Of a stretch of 64,000 nt of DNA, positions 35,381 through 43,622 are shown in pieces (position 1 is the stretch's first letter; each line of letters begins with the position of its first letter). Under the pieces are notes generated by a model. The model ran no database searches. It saw nothing but the letters and a program-made list of their open reading frames with translations, and was not told the origin of the DNA. The stretch comes from Candidatus Caldarchaeales archaeon (GTDB taxonomy: Archaea; Thermoproteota; Nitrososphaeria_A; Caldarchaeales; Calditenuaceae): contig JBCNVM010000001.1 of the NCBI GenBank assembly GCA_039630085.1, positions 202,037 to 266,036 on the forward strand, in the 5' to 3' direction. The position numbers were made by a program, and so were the translations under genes.

Positions 35381-36360
35381 GCCTTGACCTGCTGAGGGAT
35401 GAGGGGGATCATCCTGACCCGCTCAGTTCTGAGGTCGACTATCGAGGCGACGATCTCGCAGCTCCTGCAGAGGTCCTGGCCGCTGGGGAAGCAGCAGAGC
35501 CTGCACCTCCGCTTCGGGGCGTCGGGCGACTGGGACCTAGCGAGGAGGTTCTCGAGGCAAGAGAGGGCCGCGTAGAGGGAGCCCGGGTACCGATCCTCGA
35601 ACTCGGTGAGGAATGACCTGATCATCGACCGCTGGGAACCGGAGGAGTAGGGGCACTCGACCTCCTGCATAGGTATCCCGGTGTAGTATGCATAGAGGAT
35701 GACCTCCCTCTCCGGCGTGAGCCTCAGCGGCGCGACCCTCGGGATGGCTCCGGACCCTTCCCTCCTCAGCCCTATCGGCGGGTGGTTGAGGTCACCCCTC
35801 AGCGCGTTCATCAGGTACGTCTGGACGATGTCGTCGAGCGTGTGGGCCGTCGCTATCACCGTCGCGCCGGCCCTCGTCGCGCCCAGCTCTATCGCCTTCC
35901 TCCTCAGCACGCCGCAGACCGTGCATGCCCCGAGCCCGAGTTCGTCCGCGTAGCCCTCCTCGACCGCCTCGGAGACGGTGAACCCGAAGGCCTCCCTGAA
36001 GCTCACCACCACCTGCTCCACCCCCAGCTCCTCGCAGGCCCTCCTCGCGTTCCCGAGCGCCTCCTCCCTGTAACCCGGTATCCCCTCGTCGACCGTGACC
36101 GCGACCAGGCTCGCCCTCGGGAACCTCCTCTCGATCCTCGCGAGGACCCTCAGGAGCGTCAGGCTGTCCTTCCCTCCCGAGAGCGCGACCGCGATCCTGT
36201 CGTCCTCCCTCAGCATGCCGTACCTCGCGATCGTCCTCTGGACCCTCCTCTCGAAGCTCCTGACGAAGCAGGCCCTGCAGAGCCTCTCCCCCGAGTACGG
36301 CCTGACCACCGCCACCGGGTTCTCGCCGCAGGACGCGCACCTCCCGGCGCTCAACCCCAC
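35377..36360 (-). CDS. tRNA 2-thiolation protein, TtuA/NcsA (Ncs6) family
   Basis: PP-loop SGGKDS, N- and C-terminal CxxC zinc fingers (CASCG...CRAC; CRLC...CRSC), and Fe-S Cys context ACTVCGVLRR. Confidence 0.75.
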   Translation of the reverse strand: MGLSAGRCASCGENPVAVVRPYSGERLCRACFVRSFERRVQRTIARYGMLREDDRIAVALSGGKDSLTLLRVLARIERRFPRASLVAVTVDEGIPGYREEALGNARRACEELGVEQVVVSFREAFGFTVSEAVEEGYADELGLGACTVCGVLRRKAIELGATRAGATVIATAHTLDDIVQTYLMNALRGDLNHPPIGLRREGSGAIPRVAPLRLTPEREVILYAYYTGIPMQEVECPYSSGSQRSMIRSFLTEFEDRYPGSLYAALSCLENLLARSQSPDAPKRRCRLCCFPSGQDLCRSCEIVASIVDLRTERVRMIPLIPQQVKA

Positions 36361-36438
36361 CTTCGCCTCGACCGGCGGTAAAAAGGGCTACCGGGCTCCG
36401 AAGGACTAAGGCGCCCGCGAAGCTCGAGGGGGCGACGG

Positions 36439-36852
36439 TCACCGTCGGGATGCTCGGTCGCTGCGTCTCAAGTTTATTGACCACCCCCCTCGCTCCGCCG
36501 TCAGGACTCCCTCCTCCATGAGATCGCTCAGTCGTCTCCGAAGGTCTTCCCAGAATCCGTTATCGTACAGGACCACGCCGTCCTTCAAGGCGTCTAGAAC
36601 CAGAACGTTGAAGTCCTCGAACGTCTTCAACGTTTCGTCGACCGAGTAGACGAAAAGGTCGACGGGGCCCTCAGCATAGACGCTGTATTCCAGAATGCGG
36701 TCGATGATCCTTCGCCCGTTCCGTGAAACGACGATCAAAAGGGTCGAAGTCGCTGTAAGTAGTCCAGTCGTCCTTCACCATTTAGCCGAACAAAATGAGC
36801 GAAACTACCTTCTAAGCTTTTCACGCAGAATGTTGCGTACAGTGTTCTCCAG
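36439..36852 (-). pseudogene. Degraded nucleotidyltransferase (MNT) antitoxin gene of a HEPN-MNT pair
   Basis: The MNT pattern is spread over three frames: LENTVRNILREKLRR / VVSLILFG*MVKDDWTTYSDFD (TAA at the GS position) / LLIVVSRNGRR...PVDLFVYSVDE...VLYDNG. This implies two frameshifts plus one stop. Confidence 0.6.
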
Positions 36853-36855
36853 TTA

Positions 36856-37254
36856 TCAGCCATGGGCAAGCTTCGTAACTTCTCCGGCAAAAGCAACGAT
36901 TCTCTCCGCCCTCCGCAAGGCGTCTTCTGCATCGGTACTGTCGAACATATCGGATGGGGCCCCGCCGGGAAAAGCGTTGGGACAGCGGGGTGCGATGTAG
37001 TATCTGTTTAGAACGCGGGAATCGTCCTTCACCTCCTGCGAGACCGGAGTCAGTTTATCTACTTCGTTTACGAGCTCGACGAGGTCGTGGCCGATCCTCG
37101 GACGGCCGAGGTGTTCGAGGACCGCCTTCAAAGCCTTTTCAGCGGCCTGATGGCTCGCGAAACAGCTTCACGCGTGGTTGCCCGTATCGAGTAGGTCCTT
37201 CGCTGCCTTGAGGTCTGTCCTCGCCTGCCTCATCCAGTCGGCGGTCCTTCTCAC
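36856..37254 (-). pseudogene. HEPN-domain toxin gene interrupted by an in-frame TGA (37168-37170)
   Basis: Same-frame translation gives VRRTADWMRQARTDLKAAKDLLDTGNHA*SCFASHQAAEKALKAVLEHLG...LNRYYIAPRCPNAFPGG...AEDALRRAERIV. The TGA sits where HEPN proteins usually have an aromatic or Trp residue. Confidence 0.65.
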
Positions 37255-37687
37255 GTGCGTCCCGCGATGAAGAGTTTACTTAAGGTTGCTACGCTAGGTC
37301 ACTTAGTTCGTGCCGTCTCGGGTTCGCGATCTTTCCGGTTAGCTCGGTGTCGGCTGCCCCGACAGGCCGGAGAGACGCGTTCTTCCTCCCTGGCCCAAGC
37401 GGTTTCCGAAGGCGCAGTCACCGGTCGATAGGCGCCTCTCACCGGGCCTCAGCCTGTCTTCGTTCACGACGGTTCACGTGCTGCGTCCGCTGTTCCACCA
37501 CCCGAAGCCGGCTTCGGTGAAGACGCTGCGAAGTCTCATCCTCTCCGCTCTCCCTCCGGCGAGCTGGTCTCCGGGGACGACGGGGACCTCGACTTGCGGC
37601 GCTGACCGTTACGCGAGAACCGTCCAAGCGATGCCTGCGAGGGATCGATGGGTCTTCCTTAATCGAGGTCTTTAGGCACGCGTCGTA

Positions 37688-37781
37688 AGCCCCGGGCGGG
37701 ATTCGAACCCGCGACCACCGGCCACCTCCCGCGCGCCGTGCGGCTTACAAGGCCGGCGCTCTGCCGCTGAGCTACCGGGGC
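37688..37781 (-). tRNA. tRNA-Thr (anticodon UGU) with a 22-nt intron at the anticodon loop
   Basis: Hand-folded: acceptor GCCCCGG/CCGGGGC, D arm GCTC..GAGC, anticodon stem CCGGC/GCCGG with loop CTTGTAA, T arm GCGGG-TTCGAAT-CCCGC, discriminator U. Twenty-two extra nt lie between the loop and the 3' anticodon stem. No encoded CCA. Confidence 0.85.
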
Positions 37782-37810
37782 TCCCCTCGCGGCCTATGGT
37801 GCCCGGACTT

Positions 37811-38236
37811 CTAATCTACGTTTCGCGCCGCCGAGCTTCGCCTGAGACCCCAGCTGACCTTCCTCTCCGGGACCAGCTTGATCACCACGACCTCGCCCTC
37901 GTCCCAGAAGTCGCGCCTCGCCCACTCGAACCTCTCGTAGAACGCCTTGGACACCTTCCTGAACTCCTCCCCGGCCGTAAGGAGCTCGGCCCTCCCGGTC
38001 ACCATCACAGCCCTGTTCGGCTTGTAGACGTCGACGACGAGCGCCGCGTGCGGGTTCCTCTCCAGGTTCCTGTGCTTCTTCGTCCCAGGGTCCGTGACCA
38101 TGTAGAACGCGCCGTCGGCGAAGACGTAGCAGATCGGTACGACGTGCGGCCTCCCGAGCTCGTCGACGGTCGCGAGCCTGCAGAGCTCCATCCTCTCGAG
38201 GAAGCCGAGCTCGGACCTGCTGAACCTGACCGCCAT
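37811..38236 (-). CDS. Pyridoxamine 5'-phosphate oxidase family (PPOX-class, possibly F420/FMN-binding) protein
   Basis: 141 aa. CRLATVDELGRPHVVPICYVF..GAFYMVTD...KHRNLERNPHAALVVD is the typical split-barrel pattern. Confidence 0.75.
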   Translation of the reverse strand: MAVRFSRSELGFLERMELCRLATVDELGRPHVVPICYVFADGAFYMVTDPGTKKHRNLERNPHAALVVDVYKPNRAVMVTGRAELLTAGEEFRKVSKAFYERFEWARRDFWDEGEVVVIKLVPERKVSWGLRRSSAARNVD

Positions 38237-38346
38237 CGCTGGAAGTCGCCTCGCCGCGGTCTAAAACGTTCCCGGCCTCACCGGACACGAACGGAGCCGG
38301 ATGCAGGCATCAGAATTATAGCGGTCCGGCGCCTTCACCGTTCAGG

Positions 38347-39063
38347 ATGGAGTTCAAGGTCAGGGGGATCATCCCGAGGACTGGGGTGCTGGTCGCGGCC
38401 CTCCCCGACATGGGTAACGTCGCGGGGATCGCGATGGAGCACTTGGTCAGGTCCTGCGGCCTCGAGGAGCTCGCATCGGCGACGGGCGAGTGGCCTCCCT
38501 TCGTCGTCCACAGGGGAAGGACGATCGCTTTCGAGAGGGGGTGGTACAAGCTCCTAGGCAGGGACGGGTACGACTTCATCGCGTTCACCGGGAACTACCA
38601 GCCTCCGGAGAGCGTCGCGCTGTTCGAGCTCTGCGAGAGGGTCCTGGACCTAGCTCAGTCGGTCGGCGTCGACACGGTGATCTCGCTGGGCGCAGCGCAC
38701 ACCGGCGAGTCGAGGCTCGAGAACCCGAGGGTCTTCTACGCCGCGACCTCCGAGAGGCTCTGCGAGGTCGCCGAGCGGGCCGGTTCGGTTCCCCTCGCGG
38801 ACGAGGGTTACATCACCGGGTTCAACGGGCTCATCCACGGCCTCGCGATGGAGCGGCAGATGGAGGGACTCTGCCTCCTCGGCGAGATCGACAGCCCGAG
38901 GGTCAGGCAGCCCGGCGCCGCGAGGGCGGTCCTCAGGGTCCTCTCGAGGGTGATCGGTGTCGAGCTGGACCTCCGGGAGCTGGACGAAGAGGTAGCGAGG
39001 ATGAAGGCCGAGCGCGCCCTGAGGAGGGGCGTCTGGAGGGGAGGGCCTCCGGGCGTCATGTGA
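38347..39063 (+). CDS. PAC2 (proteasome assembly chaperone 2)-like family protein
   Basis: 238 aa. LVAALPDMGNVAGIA...ISLGAAHTG...YITGFNGL resembles the archaeal PAC2/PbaA-B family. Recalled pattern only. Confidence 0.55.
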   Translation: MEFKVRGIIPRTGVLVAALPDMGNVAGIAMEHLVRSCGLEELASATGEWPPFVVHRGRTIAFERGWYKLLGRDGYDFIAFTGNYQPPESVALFELCERVLDLAQSVGVDTVISLGAAHTGESRLENPRVFYAATSERLCEVAERAGSVPLADEGYITGFNGLIHGLAMERQMEGLCLLGEIDSPRVRQPGAARAVLRVLSRVIGVELDLRELDEEVARMKAERALRRGVWRGGPPGVM

Positions 39064-39835
39064 CGGGCCGAACGGTCCGCCTCAGCACCCTCCTCGCGAG
39101 GAAGCGGACGTTCCAGGCCGCGAAGGTCGCCACGTCCCTGAACCTCAGCTTGCTCTTCCCCGCGGCCCTCGGCCTGAACGCGATCGGGACCTCGACGACC
39201 CTAGCGCCGAAGGCCACGTACGTCGCCAAGCTCTCGACCTGGAAGACGTAGCCCCTGCTCGAGGCCCCGAGGTAGGCGGCGCACCTCCGGAGCAGGTCCG
39301 CGGAGATCGCCCTGTAGCCGCTGGTCGCGTCCCTCACCTTCAGCCCCGTGCAGAGCCTCGCGAGGAGGTTCGCGCCCCTGCTCACCAGCTCCCTGAAGGC
39401 CTGGCCCTCCTCCCAAGAGCCTCCGGGGACGTACCGGGACCCGATCGCGACGTCCGCGGCCCCCGAGAGCACCGGCCCCACCAGCTCCGGCAGTCGGGAA
39501 GGGTCGTGGCTCCCGTCCGCGTCCATCTCGACGACCGCCCTCAGCCCCTCGAACCTCTCGATCGCGTGCCTGAAGCCGTCGACGTACGCGCTGCCTATCC
39601 CCATCCTCCCGGGCCTCACGAGGAGCTCAACCCTGCCCAGCTCCTCCGCCAGCCTCCTCACCACGTCCGCGGTCCCGTCGGGACTGCTGTCGTCGACCAC
39701 CAGCACCACGAAGTCGAGGCCCTTCCTGCTCGCCGCCTCGACGACGCCCCTCACCGCGCTCCCCACGGTCCCGGCCTCGTTGTACGTCGGGATCACGACC
39801 GCGACCTCTGCCCTCCTCGAGCCCCCTGAGCCCAT
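39056..39835 (-). CDS. Polyprenol/dolichol-phosphate mannosyltransferase-like GT2 (Dpm1 family)
   Basis: VVIPTYNE, VVDDSSPDGT, MDADGSHDP and SGYRA motifs. Trimmed to ATG39835; the track ORF runs to 40177, antisense to the aIF1 gene. Confidence 0.8.
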   Translation of the reverse strand: MGSGGSRRAEVAVVIPTYNEAGTVGSAVRGVVEAASRKGLDFVVLVVDDSSPDGTADVVRRLAEELGRVELLVRPGRMGIGSAYVDGFRHAIERFEGLRAVVEMDADGSHDPSRLPELVGPVLSGAADVAIGSRYVPGGSWEEGQAFRELVSRGANLLARLCTGLKVRDATSGYRAISADLLRRCAAYLGASSRGYVFQVESLATYVAFGARVVEVPIAFRPRAAGKSKLRFRDVATFAAWNVRFLARRVLRRTVRPVT

Positions 39836-39908
39836 CGCCGATCCCGGAAGTAGGATCCGTCGGCCGGTAAAGGCTTTTAAGTCGGCGGAGGGTAAGGTGT
39901 GCGAAGTA

Positions 39909-40220
39909 ATGGTGGATTCGTGCCCAACCTGCGGGCTTCCCAAGAGCCTCTGCGTCTGCCAAACGATCACGTATGAGATGCAGAAGATCAAGGTGAGGCT
40001 CGAGACGAAGAAGTGGAACAAGCTGGTGACCCTGATCGAGGGGTTCGAGGGGTCGGACGTCGACCTCGACGAGGTCGTCTCGGAGCTGAAGACGAGGTGC
40101 GCCTGCGGGGGCGCGGTCAAGAACGGCGTCATCATCCTCCAGGGCGACCAGAGGGAGAAGGTCCCGAGGATCCTCACCGAGGTCTACGGCATACCCTCCG
40201 ACAGGATCGAGGTGATCTGA
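39909..40220 (+). CDS. Translation initiation factor aIF1 (SUI1)
   Basis: CPTCGLPKSLCVCQ Zn knuckle plus the SUI1 fold KIKVRLETKKWNKLVTLIEGF...ACGGAVKNGVIILQGDQR. ATG39909 (GTG39897 is an alternative). Confidence 0.85.
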   Translation: MVDSCPTCGLPKSLCVCQTITYEMQKIKVRLETKKWNKLVTLIEGFEGSDVDLDEVVSELKTRCACGGAVKNGVIILQGDQREKVPRILTEVYGIPSDRIEVI

Positions 40221-40328
40221 CCGGCGGGTCCGGCAGCTGGACGCGCGGGCCCTGCTCCGCGCCGAGGAGACCTTGTAGCGCGCCCTCTGCCCAAACTCTT
40301 AAGTCCCTTCACGCAGCGGGCCGACCGG

Positions 40329-41378
40329 ATGGCTTCGGGCCCGGTGAAGTTCGGACTCGCGCCCAACATCTACCCTCCTGAGGTGATATTCAGGGCTGCG
40401 GAGCTCTGCGAGGAGTCGGGGATCGACGGGGTCTGGCTGGCGGACCACGTGGTCGCGTTCGGGGTGAGGAGGTTCGCGGCCGTGGACGCGTGGACGACGC
40501 TCGGGGCGCTCGCGGTCAAGACAAGCAGGGTAGTCCTCGGAACGTCCGTCTCGGACCCCCACAGGAGGCACCCCGAGACGATGGCGCAGATCGTCGCTAC
40601 CGTCGATGTCCTCTCCAACGGGAGGGTCGCCCTGGGAATGGGCGCCGGCGAGCCGATGAACCTGACGCCGTTCGGGGTCGAGTGGGACCGGCCCGTCTCG
40701 AGGCTGAGGGAGGCCGTCGAGGCGATCAAGCTCCTCTGGACCAAGGACGCGGTCGACTACGAGGGGAAGTTCGTGAAGTTCAAGGGCGCCGTCCTCGACC
40801 TGAAGCCGGTCCAGAAGCCACACCCGCCGATCTGGATCGGTGCCAACTCGCCGAAGTCCCTGAAGCTGGTCGGGGAGCTCGGGGACGGATGGCTCCCGGT
40901 GGCGGGGTCGCCCGAGGACTACGCCAAGAACCTGCGGGTGATCAGGGAGACCGCGTCCGCCTCAGGGAGGGACCCGGACAGGATAGTGCCCGCGCTCTTC
41001 GTCTACGTCGGGGTCGCGAGGGACAGGGAGACTCTGGAGCGGAGGTATCTGATCCCCGCGAGGTTCCTCTACCTCACCTACGCGGTCCCGGAGTTCAACG
41101 TCTGGAAGAACGTCCCTCTGACCCGGGAGCTGGCCGAGAGGGTGCTGCAGGAGTCCCTGAAGCTGGACATGAAGCTCGACGAGCTGGTCGAGAGGAGGGT
41201 CGCCGTCATCGGCACGCCCGGCGAGTGCGTCTCGCTCCTCCATGAGTACATCGAGGCGGGAGCCCGATATCTCGTACTCGCCCCGCTGACGAGGCCCGAG
41301 GACCTCATCGGGACCGCGAGGATGCTGGTGGAGGACGTGGTCTGCGAGCTGGCGGACATCCCTCGACCGCGGACCTGA
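40329..41378 (+). CDS. LLM-class (luciferase-like) flavin/F420-dependent oxidoreductase
   Basis: 349 aa. FGLAPN...AEESGIDGVWLADH...GRVALGMGAGEP...IWIGANSP is the TIM-barrel LLM pattern (Mer-like). Confidence 0.8.
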   Translation: MASGPVKFGLAPNIYPPEVIFRAAELCEESGIDGVWLADHVVAFGVRRFAAVDAWTTLGALAVKTSRVVLGTSVSDPHRRHPETMAQIVATVDVLSNGRVALGMGAGEPMNLTPFGVEWDRPVSRLREAVEAIKLLWTKDAVDYEGKFVKFKGAVLDLKPVQKPHPPIWIGANSPKSLKLVGELGDGWLPVAGSPEDYAKNLRVIRETASASGRDPDRIVPALFVYVGVARDRETLERRYLIPARFLYLTYAVPEFNVWKNVPLTRELAERVLQESLKLDMKLDELVERRVAVIGTPGECVSLLHEYIEAGARYLVLAPLTRPEDLIGTARMLVEDVVCELADIPRPRT

Positions 41379-41547
41379 CACAGGCGGATCGACGCGTCGG
41401 GCGATGGAAGTTGCAGGCTTGGAGTCGATGGTTGAAGACCTGCTCCTAAGAGGTTCGCGTGATTAACCTCGCCGTTGCGTCGATTTCGTTGCGATTCGAC
41501 GACCAGCTGAACTCCAGAACACCGGTTGATGAAGTAAAGCTCATAGC

Positions 41548-41559
41548 AAAGAATTCTTT
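41548..41559. promoter_or_regulatory. Perfect 12-nt palindrome AAAGAATTCTTT upstream of vapB (candidate operator)
   Basis: Ends 14 nt before ATG41573. AbrB-type antitoxins commonly autoregulate through promoter palindromes. Confidence 0.35.
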
Positions 41560-41572
41560 ACCTTTGGTTGGA

Positions 41573-41806
41573 ATGGTCGCCGGCGCGTCTACCGTCAGCG
41601 AGAAGGGGCAGGTTACGATTCCCAAAGAGGTAAGGGAGCTTCTGGGCCTCAGACCGGGAGTCCGGGTGCTGTTCGTGATTGAGGGGGACAGAGTGTTCAT
41701 GGTAAAGGGAGGTGCCGTTAAGGTGTCGAAGGTGCTGCGGCGACAGCGACCATGGACCGTTGACCCTCTGGAGTTTCAGCGAAAGCTGCGCAGTGAATGG
41801 CCATGA
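41573..41806 (+). CDS. vapB: AbrB/SpoVT-family antitoxin (VapB)
   Basis: STVSEKGQVTIPKEVRELLGLRPGVRVLFVIEGDRVFM is a swapped-hairpin AbrB motif. Its stop overlaps the vapC start. Trimmed from track ORF 41459. Confidence 0.7.
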   Translation: MVAGASTVSEKGQVTIPKEVRELLGLRPGVRVLFVIEGDRVFMVKGGAVKVSKVLRRQRPWTVDPLEFQRKLRSEWP

Positions 41807-42228
41807 AAATACTGCTCGACACCAACGTGTATGTCGCAGCCAAGAACAGAGAAGGCAATCGTTATTCAGAGGCCATGGCGCTGATCGAAGACATAGACGA
41901 GGGAAGGCTCCGATGCGTCGTTCCCACGTTAGTCATAGCCGAGCTCTGCGTAGGCTACTATCAAACGGGCGACCCTGAAGGTGCCCACGAACTGCTCGCG
42001 GGGTTCGTCTCGTCGCCCAGCTACGAGATAGTGCCCCTCGACTATGAAACCGCCTGCGAAGCCGGGAGGCTGAGAGCTGAGCTCGGCCTCAAGCTGCCCG
42101 ACGCGATAGTGGTCGCCACGGCCCTGACGACTAAAGTAAACGCAATAGTGACCTACGACGACGAGATGAGCAAGTTGAAGCGGTACGTCAAGGTCGTCAG
42201 ACCGTCCGGAGTAAGGTTGCGAAGGTGA
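41797..42228 (+). CDS. vapC: PIN-domain ribonuclease toxin (VapC)
   Basis: Acidic quartet contexts LLDTN, IAEL, LPDAIVVATA and VTYDD. Confidence 0.8.
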   Translation: MAMKILLDTNVYVAAKNREGNRYSEAMALIEDIDEGRLRCVVPTLVIAELCVGYYQTGDPEGAHELLAGFVSSPSYEIVPLDYETACEAGRLRAELGLKLPDAIVVATALTTKVNAIVTYDDEMSKLKRYVKVVRPSGVRLRR

Positions 42229-42412
42229 GAGAGTCAGGACCCGAGTGTAGTCCGATCAACTTTCGTCGTTGTCGCGCCGATCCGTTCGGGCGTCGGTCTT
42301 CGCTGCAGCGTGCGAAGGCAAACGACCTCCCCGCCCGTTTGACAACGGTCCTGAAGCCGGCGAATGAGCAGTTCTTGCCTACTTAGCCCTTGAATGCACT
42401 CGGTGAGATAAA

Positions 42413-42487
42413 CGGGCCCGCCGGGACTCGAACCCGGGACCTCCGGCTCCGGAGGCCGGCGCCCTATCCAAGCTAGGCCACGGGCCC
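42413..42487 (-). tRNA. tRNA-Arg (anticodon CCG)
   Basis: Hand-folded 75 nt: acceptor GGGCCCG/CGGGCCC, anticodon stem CCGGC/GCCGG with loop CTCCGGA, T arm CCGGG-TTCGAGT-CCCGG, discriminator G. Confidence 0.9.
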
Positions 42488-42557
42488 TTCTCCACAAGCC
42501 CCGCGGATCTCTTGAACTTTCTCTGACGGGACCGCGCGAAGGGCCGCGGTCTCCTCC

Positions 42558-43127
42558 TCAGGGCCTCACCAGCTCGAGCCGGTACGTCAGGATGCCCTTC
42601 CTCAGGGAGCCGAGCCTGTAGCCCGACCTCAGTCCCTCCTCGATCACTTCGTCGGCGACGGTCCCGTGCCCCGCGAACCTGCTCCTGATCGGTTCGTAGA
42701 CGAAGAGCTTCCCTCCCCTCCTCAGCCTCCTCATGACCTCCTCCAGCGAGTCGCGGACCCTCTCGAAGTGGTGCAGGCTGTAGAGCATCACCGCCACGTC
42801 GACGCTCTCCTGCGGGACCCCGTCGAGCCTCCAGGCCTCCGACCTGATCGGCCTCAGGTTGACGAGCCCCATCGCCTCCGCCTTCCTCGCGAGCCTCGTG
42901 ACCTTGTGGTCGTCGTTGTCGACCGCGTAGACAAGTCCCTTAGGGCCGACCAGCTTCGCCGCGGGGATCGAGAGGAATCCGTAACCGCACCCGATGTCCA
43001 TGAGCACGGTCCCCCGCGTCGCGCCCATCTCCTCGAGGAGCCTCGCCGGGTCTTGGAGGGCCCTCCTCAGCGGGTTCTCGAGGACCGCCTCCTCCGCCCA
43101 CTTCGAGAGGCCGACGAGACGTGCCAT
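42558..43127 (-). CDS. Class I SAM-dependent methyltransferase
   Basis: Motif I VLMDIGCGYGFLS, post-I VYAVDND, and motif IV-like VAVMLYSLHH. Confidence 0.75.
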   Translation of the reverse strand: MARLVGLSKWAEEAVLENPLRRALQDPARLLEEMGATRGTVLMDIGCGYGFLSIPAAKLVGPKGLVYAVDNDDHKVTRLARKAEAMGLVNLRPIRSEAWRLDGVPQESVDVAVMLYSLHHFERVRDSLEEVMRRLRRGGKLFVYEPIRSRFAGHGTVADEVIEEGLRSGYRLGSLRKGILTYRLELVRP

Positions 43128-43214
43128 CCGACTTTCGCTGCCGGAGGTCAGAGATTACCCGAACTCGGCTACTCGCGGCCGAGGGCCTGCGAGACCCGCG
43201 TCGCGTCCGAAGCG

Positions 43215-43622
43215 CTAGGCGATGGCCGGCCTGTACTTGAAGCCGTAGACGATGATCCCGGCGTCACCGTCGTGGGCGATCTTCCTCACCACCCTCTCCA
43301 CGAGCATCCCGGGCCTGAGCTCCTCCGGATCCGCGTCGGTTATCGGGGCCAAGACCTTCGTCCCGTCCTCGAACTCGACTAGCCCGACCACGTAGGGCGC
43401 CAGCTCCTTGTGCTCCTCGGTCGGCGACTTGACCACCGTGAACGCGACGAGCCTCCCCCTCTCCGGGAGCTCCTCCCTCACGAGGTTCCTCGACCTGCAC
43501 CTCCTGCAGACGACCCTCGAGGTCGTGTTGACGGTCCCGCAGCTCGCGCACCTCAGGACCTCCGCCCTGTACCTGAACCTCCTGTGCCTCCAGTGGTTCT
43601 GGGGCCTGAAGTTGAACCTCAT
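43215..43622 (-). CDS. DUF35 OB-fold/zinc-ribbon protein (scaffold of the archaeal thiolase/HMG-CoA synthase complex)
   Basis: Zn ribbon CASCG...CRRC followed by an OB fold. Overlaps the thiolase gene. The three-gene arrangement is canonical. Confidence 0.8.
   Translation of the reverse strand: MRFNFRPQNHWRHRRFRYRAEVLRCASCGTVNTTSRVVCRRCRSRNLVREELPERGRLVAFTVVKSPTEEHKELAPYVVGLVEFEDGTKVLAPITDADPEELRPGMLVERVVRKIAHDGDAGIIVYGFKYRPAIA

Noticed and set aside
37168-37170. Idea that the in-frame TGA in the HEPN gene (and another in the 37255-37687 relic frame) reflects TGA recoding (Sec or Trp)
   Set aside because: TGA is used as an ordinary stop by many well-supported genes in the window, including secY, the 10838 gene, the ACT gene and the ABC ATPase. 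No SECIS-like context is evident, and the partner MNT gene is independently broken by frameshifts, so pseudogenisation is simpler.
37255-37687. Possible RNase P RNA or SRP (7S) RNA next to tRNA-Thr
   Set aside because: I could not find the universal motifs on either strand: RNase P CR-I GAGGAAAGUCC (only a poor GGGAGGAAGAACG) and the SRP helix-8 GGAA/AGCA motif. It is left as unexplained non-coding DNA rather than called an ncRNA.
36360-37687. att-type direct repeat of the tRNA-Thr 3' half (and similarly of tRNA-Arg near 41380-41460) that would delimit an integrated element
   Set aside because: No partial tRNA copy was seen by eye at the expected distal borders. This needs a computational repeat search, so I make no integrated-element call.
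39836-40177. N-terminal extension of the Dpm1-like track ORF, and the 39348..40220 plus ORF upstream of aIF1
   Set aside because: Each extension is antisense or out-of-frame to the other gene and is Ser/Thr/Pro-rich. Internal ATGs give full-length Dpm1-like and SUI1 proteins.
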